From the IMG/VR virus record IMGVR_UViG_3300024312_000003, positions 116,491 to 180,490 of that record: a DNA stretch of 64,000 nt, one strand, 5' to 3'. The DNA comes from a virus. This document shows positions 16,548 through 27,008 of the stretch, one piece after another. Each line of letters opens with the position of its first letter. The first letter of the stretch is position 1. The position numbers and the translations under genes are program-made. Below the pieces are notes generated by a model that searched no databases, had not been told where the DNA came from, and worked only from the letters and a program-made list of their open reading frames with translations.

Positions 16548-17042
16548 TTATTTATGTTTAATTGTAATCTTTTTATCTTTAAGCCAATTTGGAATATTTA
16601 TTTTCTCTACAGTTAGATACTTTATTTTAGTTTTATCGGTTTTCCATTCAGTCTTGATGTTGTTTACATCATTGTTATTTTTAATCCACTTATCTGAATC
16701 ATTAAAAACAATTGTGTATACATATACTTCTAGTTTATGTAAATCTTCTAAACTAAAAGATGTATTACTTGTAAGTATATCTATCACATTCTCGTCTAAA
16801 GATATTTTATCAAGAGTGTGCTTATGTTCTATAGAACTTGCAAATCCTAAGGATATTGCTTCTTGCCTACTGGAGGTGGCGTATAGAAACAAATTACTCT
16901 CACCATCATCCCACTCTACTAATTCTTTAGAACGATAATAACCCGGCATCAGTTCCTCATGATGAAATGATGATCCGTGAAATAAATACTTAGGATTGGT
17001 ATTATCAATACCGTTTGGGTGAGTTATGTTTAAATGTTTCAT
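16548..17042 (-). CDS. Hypothetical protein, possible ADP-ribosyltransferase-like fold
   Basis: YLFHGS...L.PG...LYAT...A pattern; start MKHLNI at 17042. Confidence 0.5.
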   Translation of the reverse strand: MKHLNITHPNGIDNTNPKYLFHGSSFHHEELMPGYYRSKELVEWDDGESNLFLYATSSRQEAISLGFASSIEHKHTLDKISLDENVIDILTSNTSFSLEDLHKLEVYVYTIVFNDSDKWIKNNNDVNNIKTEWKTDKTKIKYLTVEKINIPNWLKDKKITIKHK

Positions 17043-17112
17043 AATTACAAAAAAAAAAATCCTATACACAACATAAGACAGAGGGACCATCCCTCTGTCT
17101 TATGTCTTTCAA

Positions 17113-17838
17113 TTATTTCTTATTGCTAGAAATGTCAGTACTATTAATCTCAATCTTAGCAGCACCAGCTCGTGCTTTGATGATGTTAATACCTTCCGAT
17201 TCCAAACCCGCTGCTCGATAAACCTTCACAGCAGTAACAACATCTACCGCTTCTTGAGTTTGAGGCGAGGGATCAATCACCAAAGTAATGTCTTGTAGAT
17301 TAATTCCTTTTTCCTTCAGTTTGTCGCGAGCTTCTTTAAAAAGGAAATCTTCAGAATCTTCCACAGTTACATCAGTGATATCCTTATCATCAGAGTATTC
17401 CGTATAAATACCGCGAATAAGTTTATCGATGAGAAGGTTCTCCGCCATCTCATATTTACCTGCTACATCATCAGCGCTGATTTCAAGACTACCGCCAGCT
17501 TTACCAAGATACTTAGCGTATTTGATATATGCAATCGGGTTCTCAATTTCGTAAACATACGAAACTCGAATGATTGCTGTGACTTTGTCTTTGAAAGGAG
17601 ATTTAAATGAAACATCGCCAGTCATTGCAAAAGCAGGTAGCGCGACATTGTACTTACAGACCTGTCCTTTTGCTGTTGAGACAGATTTACCTGTATCAAT
17701 CTTAGTCCAAGTTGCACCACAGTCATTTGTAGTGATAACGTGGATGTTTGCCGGCGCATAAGAGCAAGCCTGAATTGCGATTGTAAAAATGCTCAGCAGC
17801 AGAAGCTTAATGTAGTTTTTCACGTTAATTACTTTCAT
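17113..17838 (-). CDS. Predicted lipoprotein, SPFH/band-7-like
   Basis: Lipobox-like IQAC after a hydrophobic stretch; L.EKGI.L.DI.L helix-strand pattern. Confidence 0.5.
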   Translation of the reverse strand: MKVINVKNYIKLLLLSIFTIAIQACSYAPANIHVITTNDCGATWTKIDTGKSVSTAKGQVCKYNVALPAFAMTGDVSFKSPFKDKVTAIIRVSYVYEIENPIAYIKYAKYLGKAGGSLEISADDVAGKYEMAENLLIDKLIRGIYTEYSDDKDITDVTVEDSEDFLFKEARDKLKEKGINLQDITLVIDPSPQTQEAVDVVTAVKVYRAAGLESEGINIIKARAGAAKIEINSTDISSNKK

Positions 17839-18109
17839 TAGAAATTTGTTGTTGAATTTGTTGAATGTTTTTCTTAATAGAATTTCTATATTCTCTAAGT
17901 TTGAGGAAAACAAACTTATAAACGATTAGAACAAATCCTTGAATACCGGTCATTAGAAAAATACCCATGACAGACATGCTTTCCCAAGCAGATGTCTTGA
18001 AAATATGCATAACGCCATAAGCGTTTAACATAATGACCAATGCGAGTGATAAAAACATCCACTCATTCAGAGTCAAAACTAACTTTTCAATTTTTAATCG
18101 TTCATTCAT
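17825..18109 (-). CDS. Two-TM membrane protein
   Basis: Two hydrophobic helices. Confidence 0.6.
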   Translation of the reverse strand: MNERLKIEKLVLTLNEWMFLSLALVIMLNAYGVMHIFKTSAWESMSVMGIFLMTGIQGFVLIVYKFVFLKLREYRNSIKKNIQQIQQQISNESN

Positions 18110-18157
18110 GATTGTTGCGTGAGTTATTTGATTGGTTGATGATTTTAAAGATTTTGG

Positions 18158-18436
18158 TTAGTCTCTAAGTTTATATTCGCTTATGAGTTGTGATATTCTT
18201 CCAGCAGAAAGATTTAATTTTTTAGCAATATCGTTTTGCGATATTCCAAGAACTAAACATTTTCTTATAAAAAGATACTTTAATTGTCTTACTGATTCTT
18301 GCAATAATTTCAAGTTTTCAACAAAATGCTCATCGCTGTTATTTTGTTGTAATTCAATCAATGCTTCTTTCAACAACTCTATCGATTCCTGAAGGATGTC
18401 TTTAGAAACATTGACTTCAACCTTATTTAATTGCAT
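18158..18436 (-). CDS. C-terminal HTH protein
   Basis: GISQNDIAKKLNLSAGRISQLI. Confidence 0.65.
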   Translation of the reverse strand: MQLNKVEVNVSKDILQESIELLKEALIELQQNNSDEHFVENLKLLQESVRQLKYLFIRKCLVLGISQNDIAKKLNLSAGRISQLISEYKLRD

Positions 18437-18489
18437 AAAAGTTTCTCACAAAAAGAAAAGGGAGTTACCTCCCTTTTCTAGTCTAAGAA

Positions 18490-19521
18490 TTACTTCTTAG
18501 ACTTTGGTGCGATTGTTGAGGTGTATCGAGTAAATCCAAAAGACTCAGTCGGGTTCTTGATTTCATTCCAACCGGGCTGAGGAGCAATCTTCCAATCCGA
18601 ACCACCCTCTTGCAACTTATCTAGATTGCGAGTCATACATGCTTGAAGAGCACTGACCTTTTTACCCAATTCGCCAGTTTGTTTAAACGGACGAGTAACC
18701 AGCATGCTAGGGGCAGCCAGGAAAGGGTTATTGATCACACCCATGTTGCTGTAGTTCTTGCGAACCAAAACGTACGGCGCAGAGGGTTGCAGGTCATACG
18801 GAACCAAGGCAAAACCAGAGCGAGAATTGAACGACATGATCTTACCGTTCGGATAACCCGAGATAGTCATGTATGCGTCAACCTTGTTATCCTTGACCAA
18901 CTGTTGAGCTTGTTCGTCTTTATCGACGTCAACAAACTTCATACCGTAGGCCAGAGACCGCTCTAGCATAGGACCGACAATCCGAGCAGAACCCACCAGT
19001 GCAATTGTTTTGCCTTTTAGTTCGGAGAACTTTGTGATTTGGCTACGAACAATTTGAGTCTTGGTGTCGCCTTTGACGAGCCCCATGAATTTGTCTTCAC
19101 CCTTTACGGCCACGGATGTCTCACGACCACCTGCCTTGACCACAATGTGAACCAAGTTGTAATTCAGAGGAAACACCGACTGAAGATTCGCAATTGCATC
19201 GTCGGTGTTTCGAAGAGTCGTCAAGATGTCAACCGTAGCCATCCCGATGTCTGCTTGATTTTGAGCAAGCAGATTTACAGTGGTGAACGATCCATCAGTC
19301 TCAACTGGACAAAGATTGACTTCATCAGAGCAGACTTGATTGATATCTCGCAGAAGATTTGAAAAGCCTTTACCCTTTTCACCAGCTGCAATTCGAAGAT
19401 CGCACTTGCGAGCTTCTTGCAATTCATCTGAAGCTTGAGCGTAAGGCGTCGCGCAGACAACAACAGCCATGGCGAGGACCTTACCAAAGATCCAGCCGAA
19501 ATAACGATTTTTCATTTTCAT
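18490..19521 (-). CDS. TAXI-family (TRAP) solute-binding-protein-like, signal peptide
   Basis: LRIAAG.KG.G, VETDGS...NLL.Q..AD.G, N.VH.VV, S.L.GK.IA patterns. Confidence 0.75.
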   Translation of the reverse strand: MKMKNRYFGWIFGKVLAMAVVVCATPYAQASDELQEARKCDLRIAAGEKGKGFSNLLRDINQVCSDEVNLCPVETDGSFTTVNLLAQNQADIGMATVDILTTLRNTDDAIANLQSVFPLNYNLVHIVVKAGGRETSVAVKGEDKFMGLVKGDTKTQIVRSQITKFSELKGKTIALVGSARIVGPMLERSLAYGMKFVDVDKDEQAQQLVKDNKVDAYMTISGYPNGKIMSFNSRSGFALVPYDLQPSAPYVLVRKNYSNMGVINNPFLAAPSMLVTRPFKQTGELGKKVSALQACMTRNLDKLQEGGSDWKIAPQPGWNEIKNPTESFGFTRYTSTIAPKSKK

Positions 19522-19542
19522 TTCCTTTTAAAGTTAAGTATG

Positions 19543-19764
19543 TTAAGGCAGATTGAGTTGTTTGTTGGGTTGACCAACCGCAGGATCTGCTTGCGTGGGA
19601 ACTTCTACGTTATCCTGTTGTACTTCTTGAATGCCGCTTGGTTCGGATTTCTCACCCGAAGAAACAGCAAATGCAACAATGATACCGATGATGAAAAATG
19701 CGGTGACGACCGCATTAACAATACTGATAAACTTAGAGTTTCCAGTTTGCTCTTTGTTTTCCAT
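19543..19764 (-). CDS. Small single-pass membrane protein
   Basis: Hydrophobic helix; abuts the next gene. Confidence 0.65.
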   Translation of the reverse strand: MENKEQTGNSKFISIVNAVVTAFFIIGIIVAFAVSSGEKSEPSGIQEVQQDNVEVPTQADPAVGQPNKQLNLP

Positions 19765-20553
19765 TTAAGACACCTTCGTTTTAGAAATGACAGATTGTCC
19801 GGAGATAGAGGAAGAAGGATTGTTTTCAAGACTAGGGGTTACTTCCTCTACCATACCCATGTCTAGATTTTTAACACCAAAATTTGTAGCTGTAAAAGCT
19901 GCTTCGAGTTCTGCAAAACTTTGATTATACTGAATCGAAATTTCATCAGAAGCGGTGTTGTCAAGGAGCATATCGGTGACTGCATCGCCTTGAGTTTTAC
20001 GAATTGCTTCGCGAGTGGTTCGTGAAGCTTGAGCCCAGCTGTAGCGGAAACGCTCGTGTTCAATGTGTTTGAGATATTCTTCTTGCTTCTTTGCAAAATC
20101 AGCAAGTTGAATTCGCTTCATCTCAATGCCGCGCTCCATGAGTTCGAGATCTTTGAAGAGATCAAGCAGATCTTCACCTGTCTTCTTCTTTCGATTCTCA
20201 AGCATCTCACGCATGCGGCGAGTGCTGGCAATCAAATTAGTAAGTTCTTGATTGCGAAGCTCATAGATTTGTTCGCCTCGACGATACATGTTTTCTTTTT
20301 GAGCAATTGGATTCTTTCGAGCTTCTGCTTTTTGAAGTTCCAATACTTCATTATCAAGTTTTTGCATGAACCATGGAATGAGTTTCCACATTCCAAACAA
20401 TGCCGCAATTGCAACTGCCAGAACGTTCAATGCAATGACTCCGGATGCTGCGAGCCATAGAACTTTACTGAGAATTGCCAGTACTGCAATTGCGGCAGCG
20501 ATTGTTCCATACTTAACACCCTGTGGTGTTTTTAGAAAGTCAAAGATTTTCAC
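19765..20553 (-). CDS. Membrane-anchored coiled-coil protein, PspA/IM30-like (tentative)
   Basis: Two N-terminal TM helices then a long helical heptad region. Confidence 0.5.
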   Translation of the reverse strand: MKIFDFLKTPQGVKYGTIAAAIAVLAILSKVLWLAASGVIALNVLAVAIAALFGMWKLIPWFMQKLDNEVLELQKAEARKNPIAQKENMYRRGEQIYELRNQELTNLIASTRRMREMLENRKKKTGEDLLDLFKDLELMERGIEMKRIQLADFAKKQEEYLKHIEHERFRYSWAQASRTTREAIRKTQGDAVTDMLLDNTASDEISIQYNQSFAELEAAFTATNFGVKNLDMGMVEEVTPSLENNPSSSISGQSVISKTKVS

Positions 20554-20592
20554 TTAGTTTCCTTTATTAAACTTAATACAACAAAATCAGAA

Positions 20593-20799
20593 TTAATGAA
20601 CGATGGTTCCGCGTTCTTGAAGATATTCGTCGATTCTCTTTTTCAATTCATCAACTGTACACTCGCCATCCATTGGTTCAGAATAATGTTCCGAATATAG
20701 GACATTTGCCGTACAATTTACACTCAACGATATTTTCACATTTTCAAATTGAAAGATATCGTCTTCGATTTCTTTCTTAGAATATGTTTTATCACTCAT
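20593..20799 (-). CDS. Hypothetical protein
   Basis: ORF track. Confidence 0.55.
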   Translation of the reverse strand: MSDKTYSKKEIEDDIFQFENVKISLSVNCTANVLYSEHYSEPMDGECTVDELKKRIDEYLQERGTIVH

Positions 20800-21169
20800 C
20801 TAACTCTCCAAGAAGTTTAGTAATGTATTGGGTTGTTGGAAGAACGCAATCTTCCATTATTTGTTCATATTGAGCAAATAGAGCTAAGTGATAACTCTTA
20901 TCAATCTTGTTCATTCTGAGAAAACAGATGAACAACTCGGAGGCGTCATCCGTATAAATTGGTACTTCTCTCTGAAACACCATTACCGGAGGATCTTCAT
21001 TGGTTGGAGCTTTAGCATACATTTCCGAACATTCAGTCATGCGATGAGAAAGCTTTACCAATTGCCAATTACAAAGGAATGTGAAGTGTCGACTAAGTTG
21101 GGATTTAAAATAGTCCCTCATGAAGCTTTTGATTTTGATATCTGCTTCATTCATTTCTCTATTAGACAT
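20792..21169 (-). CDS. Hypothetical protein
   Basis: ORF track. Confidence 0.6.
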   Translation of the reverse strand: MSNREMNEADIKIKSFMRDYFKSQLSRHFTFLCNWQLVKLSHRMTECSEMYAKAPTNEDPPVMVFQREVPIYTDDASELFICFLRMNKIDKSYHLALFAQYEQIMEDCVLPTTQYITKLLGELDE

Positions 21170-21236
21170 GATTGCCCTTATTTAAATAAATGAGAAACTG
21201 ACGCCAGTCATTACACTTCAGTGATATATGCTTAAA

Positions 21237-21584
21237 TTATTTTTGATTCAGTAAAATGTTTAAAGAATGTTTTACTGAATTAAGATATCTAGCCTTAGCT
21301 TCTTGATTTAATTCATTACTCTTGGAGATATCTTTATACAACTGATCCAACACCAATACATGATCTTTTAATTCTTGAGGAAGTGAATTAAAGATGGTAA
21401 CTTGATGATCTATCTCATTGATAAGGGTATCTATTGGATTTTCTGGACCTAACGGGAATCCTCTAGTAACTTGCAATTCTCTAATAAGATGCGATGGACC
21501 GTTTATAGCTGTTAATACCTGAATCAACGCTCCACGACTAACAACAATGTGTTTTCTAGAAAAATCAGATTCTGGATTATTCAC
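21237..21584 (-). CDS. Hypothetical protein
   Basis: ORF track. Confidence 0.6.
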   Translation of the reverse strand: MNNPESDFSRKHIVVSRGALIQVLTAINGPSHLIRELQVTRGFPLGPENPIDTLINEIDHQVTIFNSLPQELKDHVLVLDQLYKDISKSNELNQEAKARYLNSVKHSLNILLNQK

Positions 21585-21755
21585 GATTCATCCTTATGTA
21601 CTGCGTTTGATGCAATTGGTATGATGCTCGCTTGTCTTTTTCAACGAATCAAAATAAGAAGAATAATGTATTGCTTCTTTAATAAGTTCTTTGGACATAT
21701 TCATTCTGGTAGGTTAATCTATCTGATTTGGTAAACTAGTAAATAACAACTAATT

Positions 21756-22190
21756 ATGACAAATCCTAATCTTCAAAAAACAGAACTTGAAAACTTTATT
21801 GATTTAATCAATCTTTGTTCACAAGTAACATTTACTCAACAACACATTCAATTAAGCATACCTCAAGGACTTGCCGTCATTGAGGGGCGTTTTGAGAATA
21901 CATATATAACTATAACCGCAACACCACAGTCTCCAATACAAGGAGATAAGTTGGTCAAATACAGAAGAATTGATTTATCTACTGATTTTGGATCTATTCA
22001 ATCCACATTTACATATCCGACAGGTACTCCAGCATCAACAATTGTTAACGATGTAAAGAATCTATACGGAATACTACCCGATTCAAATATTCTGTCTGAA
22101 TCAATAACTCAAAATAGATTCAAGATCAAAGCCGATCCTCTGAGTCTCATTTATACTGGCGAAAAAGAACTATACATTAACTACGTCTAA
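21756..22190 (+). CDS. phiKZ-like virion structural protein (small tail-associated)
   Basis: LIN..S.V.F......P....GR..NT.I...A.......G...V.YRRIDL pattern shared with 34826..35365. Confidence 0.6.
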   Translation: MTNPNLQKTELENFIDLINLCSQVTFTQQHIQLSIPQGLAVIEGRFENTYITITATPQSPIQGDKLVKYRRIDLSTDFGSIQSTFTYPTGTPASTIVNDVKNLYGILPDSNILSESITQNRFKIKADPLSLIYTGEKELYINYV

Positions 22191-22240
22191 AGACAAAAAA
22201 AAATGTATTAGCAGAATAAGGGGGGCATAGCCCCCTCTTG

Positions 22241-22744
22241 TCAAAAGCCTAAAAGATGATCGTAAAAAGTTTCGATATTTTCGTGTTTTTCGAGAATGGC
22301 ATCGCCGTTCCCAGTGAAGCTGTGGAATTGATATGGAAGGTAGCGGCCCACGAGTCTCATCCTGTATTGCTCTACTTTATCATAAATCATTAGGCATGCT
22401 GTTTCCAGTATGATTCCTGATTCGATATTGTTGACTCTTCCGATATCATAAGACCATTGAAGTCTTGCAATCTCGTCCGAGGTTTGTTCGATCAATTTCT
22501 TTATCCTCTGTACTGCAATCAATCGATCAACAATGCAATCGAAAAATTGAGATACAAAAGGAGCCACATCGCTAATAGACCCTTTATCATAAGGTGTGTT
22601 TCTACTAGGATTGGTTTCGTCTAACGAAAAGACAAACGATGTAATTATCTTATTGATTTCCTGACCGCAAGGAACAATGAAGTAACGAGGCATTTGATTG
22701 AACAAATGTAATTCCTCAGTAGAAAGAAACTGATCGATGTACAT
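22241..22744 (-). CDS. Hypothetical jumbo-phage protein
   Basis: 167-aa ORF with upstream ACATATTAC (22776-22784). Confidence 0.65.
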   Translation of the reverse strand: MYIDQFLSTEELHLFNQMPRYFIVPCGQEINKIITSFVFSLDETNPSRNTPYDKGSISDVAPFVSQFFDCIVDRLIAVQRIKKLIEQTSDEIARLQWSYDIGRVNNIESGIILETACLMIYDKVEQYRMRLVGRYLPYQFHSFTGNGDAILEKHENIETFYDHLLGF

Positions 22745-22807
22745 AAGACCTTAGTAGTCCTGTTATACTGATTATGTAATATGTATTTGTTATTTTTTTC
22801 ATTACAG

Positions 22808-22835
22808 CATAAAGAGGGGAATTCCCCTCTTTATG
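22808..22835. terminator. Perfect 28-bp palindrome, identical to 29414-29441
   Basis: CATAAAGAGGGGAATTCCCCTCTTTATG. Confidence 0.75.
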
Positions 22836-23492
22836 TCACAATGCTTCAGCTTCACGCCAGTCTACTTTGACAGATAACTGCCATGTACCAGCAGCATCCA
22901 TTGCAACAGGGTTTCTTATTGTTAAGTATTGATCGGCATTCAAAACCAATTCAGAACATTCGGTTGCGCTGAATTCAAACACTTGTTCAAGATAGTTACC
23001 CGCTGTTCCAACATGAGCTAAAGATATGGTTGCTACAGGCTCTGACTCAAGGACCGCACTAGTTAACGTCAGTGCACCAGTTGTTGCTAATCTAACATCA
23101 CCACCATTTGACGGATCACAAACTGAGTTTGCAGAAATAGAGGTGTCTTTCTTACTTACTGCACCAGACGCAACACCGGTACCGCCGGAGCTAGCCGTTA
23201 TTGATGATCCTCTATGAATTGTCAGTCGTCTACCGGCAGTTAGTGCTGTGGTAAATGTAACTAAGCAAGTATACTGGATTCTAATTCTATCTATGTATAC
23301 TTTTTTGGTAACGCCAGTACCTGACCGCATTACAAATAGGTTTGATCCCACAGCCAAAGCTGCAGCTATAGTTCCTGTTGTTCCTGAGTAAACATATCCG
23401 TCACCTCTTGGAACTATAACTGATCTTAATGCTTTTAAAGAACTCTCTATTTTTAAAGGTGTCGATGTAAGTGCATCTTCTATTACAGCCAT
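22836..23492 (-). CDS. Tail-associated beta-rich structural protein
   Basis: Gly/Ala/Thr-rich, last gene of the fibre cassette. Confidence 0.55.
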   Translation of the reverse strand: MAVIEDALTSTPLKIESSLKALRSVIVPRGDGYVYSGTTGTIAAALAVGSNLFVMRSGTGVTKKVYIDRIRIQYTCLVTFTTALTAGRRLTIHRGSSITASSGGTGVASGAVSKKDTSISANSVCDPSNGGDVRLATTGALTLTSAVLESEPVATISLAHVGTAGNYLEQVFEFSATECSELVLNADQYLTIRNPVAMDAAGTWQLSVKVDWREAEAL

Positions 23493-24536
23493 TTAACTTC
23501 CTTTCACGATTAATGATATTCCTGATATTGCTGTACCGTCTGGACTGGTTATGTATGGATCGTAGTTTCCTATCGATGTAACTTGTTTACCAACAGCAAT
23601 AATTTGATCCACCTGACCATTACCGTCGTTGAAACCTTCAATCTTTGGCCACTCTGGATCAATAGTCATAATGACTGAACTACTGTACCATCCAAAGAAA
23701 CCAATAACCAAAGCATTGGTCGTAGTGGTTGATGGATTATCGATTGTTTTCACACCAGCGCCACTGCTGGTCATTTCCGAATAGATGGAAGGATTATCAA
23801 AAGGAGTTACTTGGTTGTGATTTTTAATCACAACAACTACCAATGATGAGAATCTGTCCTGATCAAATTTTATTCGTCTTGTAGCAGAATTTCTATTTGA
23901 TATACTGTAAAAAGCATTAAACAGAAAATCATTACCCAAATTATGACTAGATGGCATAACTTTAGTAAAGGTTTGACCATCGGTATAACTACCATCATCG
24001 GAATCTCTTACAGTCATTCCGCCTTCGCCATTGATGACGTTATATTTAGCAGCATACGCCAATATTAGATCACCAGAAGCGATGTCTGTCAATACTACCT
24101 CAGGATAAACATCCCAATCACCAGAAACACTAGATTTACCTGTTTTGTAAACAACAGGTAAAGAACCAGAAGGTTGAGTTGGTGCTTTAGTTACTTTATA
24201 ACTTAAATTAAAGTAACCTTTTTGTAAATATGGAGAATTCCAATAAACATGAATCTCACCCGTCCTAGCAATTGCCGTAAAAGTAACAGGACCCATTAAT
24301 TCATATTCATCCGGATTTGTGCCTTTATCGGTATATGGTCCGGGCATTGGAACTATATCGATTCTATCACCGATTGCAACTGTGTTATCTGTTATTGTTA
24401 TTTTTCCAGATTTCCTAGCTGTTGAGCTAAGTATTACCTGCACATCGGTGTAGGTTGTTGAGGCACCCGAACCCCCACTACTATCGAAAGCTCCAATACT
24501 GTTTCTTACAATATTACTAAGTGCCTCAATTGCCAT
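23493..24536 (-). CDS. Tail/receptor-binding-like protein with C-terminal module paralogous to 27009..29411
   Basis: [24 protein letters not shown] versus [24 protein letters not shown]. Confidence 0.6.
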   Translation of the reverse strand: MAIEALSNIVRNSIGAFDSSGGSGASTTYTDVQVILSSTARKSGKITITDNTVAIGDRIDIVPMPGPYTDKGTNPDEYELMGPVTFTAIARTGEIHVYWNSPYLQKGYFNLSYKVTKAPTQPSGSLPVVYKTGKSSVSGDWDVYPEVVLTDIASGDLILAYAAKYNVINGEGGMTVRDSDDGSYTDGQTFTKVMPSSHNLGNDFLFNAFYSISNRNSATRRIKFDQDRFSSLVVVVIKNHNQVTPFDNPSIYSEMTSSGAGVKTIDNPSTTTTNALVIGFFGWYSSSVIMTIDPEWPKIEGFNDGNGQVDQIIAVGKQVTSIGNYDPYITSPDGTAISGISLIVKGS

Positions 24537-24546
24537 TTTTTAACCT

Positions 24547-25338
24547 TTAATCAGTGATCTTAACTCTCAATGCATTGTTTCCTGGAGCAGCATCCACAAC
24601 AATGCGAATCATGTTTACTGTAGGTCTTTGTATTTCTACCAGAACCTCATCATAATTACCAGAGTTTCTGTAAACAGTTACATCAACATCTCTTGTATTG
24701 AGATTATGAGTTATGTCGTAAGAAGTAGTTGTGGTATCTCCAAAAGTTTGAGTAAACTTTCGAGAAGCAAACTTAGAGGCAGATAAAGTAGACGGAGTGA
24801 TTGCTTTGTTAGCGTTCGTGCCTGTATCTACTTCAGCCAGAGTGGCTAATTGAATCTTACCTTCAACAGAGGTCGATGCCGGAGGAACGCTTGATCCGAA
24901 AGAAGTCCAAGTAATGGGATCTGTTCCAACAACGGCAACTGTTGCTGACTGTCTGTAAGCGGTGCCTGCGCTTGTACCTAATTCAACAGGAACGACGGCT
25001 TGGGTCAAATCATCTGCCGAATTAGCGTCTAGTGCTCTGGTCATTGCGGTCGAAGGACCGTTCCAGATATAAATGCCGTTTTCAGAAGTAGTTGTTTGAT
25101 TAGGTAAGAGAACTCTATCGTTTACAGACATAGCTTGTCCGTCAATAGATGCTCCTGGACTGGAAATATTGATATTATTAGGTGCTGCTACCTTTACGGT
25201 ATCTTTCCAAGCAAGACCCTCAATAGCTTGTCTTAACTGCGCAATGGTTGCTGGTTCTTGAGGATCAACACCGTCAGGCAGTCCTATAATTCTAGCAACA
25301 TTATTAAAATTAAGTGAACGTAAGACGTCTAAACTCAT
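24547..25338 (-). CDS. Tail fibre protein
   Basis: WKDTVKVAA..NINISSPGASIDG...NDRVLL.NQT..SENGIY.WNG and THNLNTRDV modules. Confidence 0.75.
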   Translation of the reverse strand: MSLDVLRSLNFNNVARIIGLPDGVDPQEPATIAQLRQAIEGLAWKDTVKVAAPNNINISSPGASIDGQAMSVNDRVLLPNQTTTSENGIYIWNGPSTAMTRALDANSADDLTQAVVPVELGTSAGTAYRQSATVAVVGTDPITWTSFGSSVPPASTSVEGKIQLATLAEVDTGTNANKAITPSTLSASKFASRKFTQTFGDTTTTSYDITHNLNTRDVDVTVYRNSGNYDEVLVEIQRPTVNMIRIVVDAAPGNNALRVKITD

Positions 25339-25353
25339 GATTATTCCTTGTGA

Positions 25354-25953
25354 TTATGAACATATAACTCTACCTTGCATTGGTGTATCGAAATATATAA
25401 AGAAATGATTAACAGTTGTGTTAACGATTTCCGCCATCATCTCTTTACCACCAACTGACAATATAGTTACGTTTGGATTTCGCCCTAAATTGTGATTTAT
25501 GCTCCATGTATCTGAAGCTGTATTTATGATGAACTCAATGGGTTGTGGAATTAATCCAGGCTCACCCTGAGGACCTGCAGGTCCGGTATCACCTTGATCA
25601 CCTTTAGGTCCAATCGGACCCTGAATACCCTGAGGACCTGCAGGTCCCATTAAACCATCTGATCCCGCAGGTCCTCTTGTACCTTGTAAACCCTGAGGAC
25701 CTTGTATGCCTTGCGGACCTTGGATACCCTGGGGTCCAGCGGGACCTTGTGGTCCTTGAGGACCTTTTAAAGATTCTAACCATTCATCCTCAGTACCTAT
25801 GAATCCATTAACCTTGGCTATCTCATAAGCATTAAGAACAAGAAATCTAAGTTGTTCAATGGTTAATTTTTTATTTGTACCACCTTGTACAATTTCCAGT
25901 AGCTCACTACCAGATATACTAGTGGCTTGCTGCATTGTAGAAATCTTAGACAT
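25354..25953 (-). CDS. Collagen-like fibre protein 1
   Basis: MSKISTM N-terminus, Gly-X-Y repeats, HNLG C-terminus. Confidence 0.85.
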   Translation of the reverse strand: MSKISTMQQATSISGSELLEIVQGGTNKKLTIEQLRFLVLNAYEIAKVNGFIGTEDEWLESLKGPQGPQGPAGPQGIQGPQGIQGPQGLQGTRGPAGSDGLMGPAGPQGIQGPIGPKGDQGDTGPAGPQGEPGLIPQPIEFIINTASDTWSINHNLGRNPNVTILSVGGKEMMAEIVNTTVNHFFIYFDTPMQGRVICS

Positions 25954-26029
25954 AGCGGCAACTTTACTTTAATATAACATATGATTCATTATTAAACAGC
26001 ATAAAGAGGATGTTAATCCTCTTTATGCT

Positions 26030-26875
26030 TTAGAATGTACCGCCGTCAAATACCTGATCACCAGGGGTAGCTGTCCCTCTTGGTTCCCAAACAGATCCAT
26101 TACAATCGTAGAATAGATATGGTGCAGCAGTACCAACTAAAGCGTAATTAGCTTTATTAGTGGCCGGGGGTCTGTTTTGAGTCAAATTTTCAACCGTAGT
26201 ATATTCACCTACATATTTGTTAGCAGCGGATACCAATTGATTCAAAACATAACCTTGTCTAGCTGATAGCGCTGAAGTTGTGCTCTGATCTGTTAGTGAG
26301 TCCGAAACTATAGCACCAGGACCTGCAGGACCCTGTAAGCCCTGAATACCCTGAGGACCTGCAGGTCCTTGTGGTCCTTGAGGACCTGCTGGACCTGCAG
26401 GTCCTGTATTTCCAGTATCACCTTTTGGTCCCGCTGGACCAACATTACCAGCTGGACCAGCTGGACCTTGTAAACCCTGAGGGCCAGTTGCTCCAGTAAG
26501 TCCTTGAATACCTTGAGGTCCTATTGGACCTGGATCTCCCTGAGGACCTACGGGTCCTCTGATTGATAATAGCCAGTCTGCTTGAGTTCCTACAAAACCA
26601 CCTTCGACTGCTACCTGGTAAGCAGACTTACCAATAGATCCTGTAGGACCTGTAGGACCTTGTATGCCTTGCGGACCACGAATAGATTGTAACCACTGAG
26701 CTTCTGTGCCTACAAAACCATTCTGCACTGCTACTTCATAAGCAGATTTACCGTTTGGTCCCTGCGATTGTAAACTAGTTAATGGTATCTTTTTATTTGT
26801 ACCATTTTGAATAACCTCAACCACTTCAGTGCCGTTTAGCGCACCAGCGGAAGGCATTGTAGAAATCTTAGACAT
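26030..26875 (-). CDS. Collagen-like fibre protein 2
   Basis: MSKISTM N-terminus, SAYEVA spacers, Gly-X-Y repeats. Confidence 0.85.
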   Translation of the reverse strand: MSKISTMPSAGALNGTEVVEVIQNGTNKKIPLTSLQSQGPNGKSAYEVAVQNGFVGTEAQWLQSIRGPQGIQGPTGPTGSIGKSAYQVAVEGGFVGTQADWLLSIRGPVGPQGDPGPIGPQGIQGLTGATGPQGLQGPAGPAGNVGPAGPKGDTGNTGPAGPAGPQGPQGPAGPQGIQGLQGPAGPGAIVSDSLTDQSTTSALSARQGYVLNQLVSAANKYVGEYTTVENLTQNRPPATNKANYALVGTAAPYLFYDCNGSVWEPRGTATPGDQVFDGGTF

Positions 26876-27008
26876 AATTAACTCCTATTGGAGATTTGAT
26901 AATTGATTTAGCACATTTAGCGCATGTCATACAATCTCGTATTTTCTATATCTTAGTCAGTAATTAGCTTAATAATTTGAATTATACATTTCTTGCCAAG
27001 GAGAAATA

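Noticed and set aside
17049-17058. A10 homopolymer as a phase-variation site
   Set aside because: It lies upstream of the more plausible start (17042), so it would not change the reading frame
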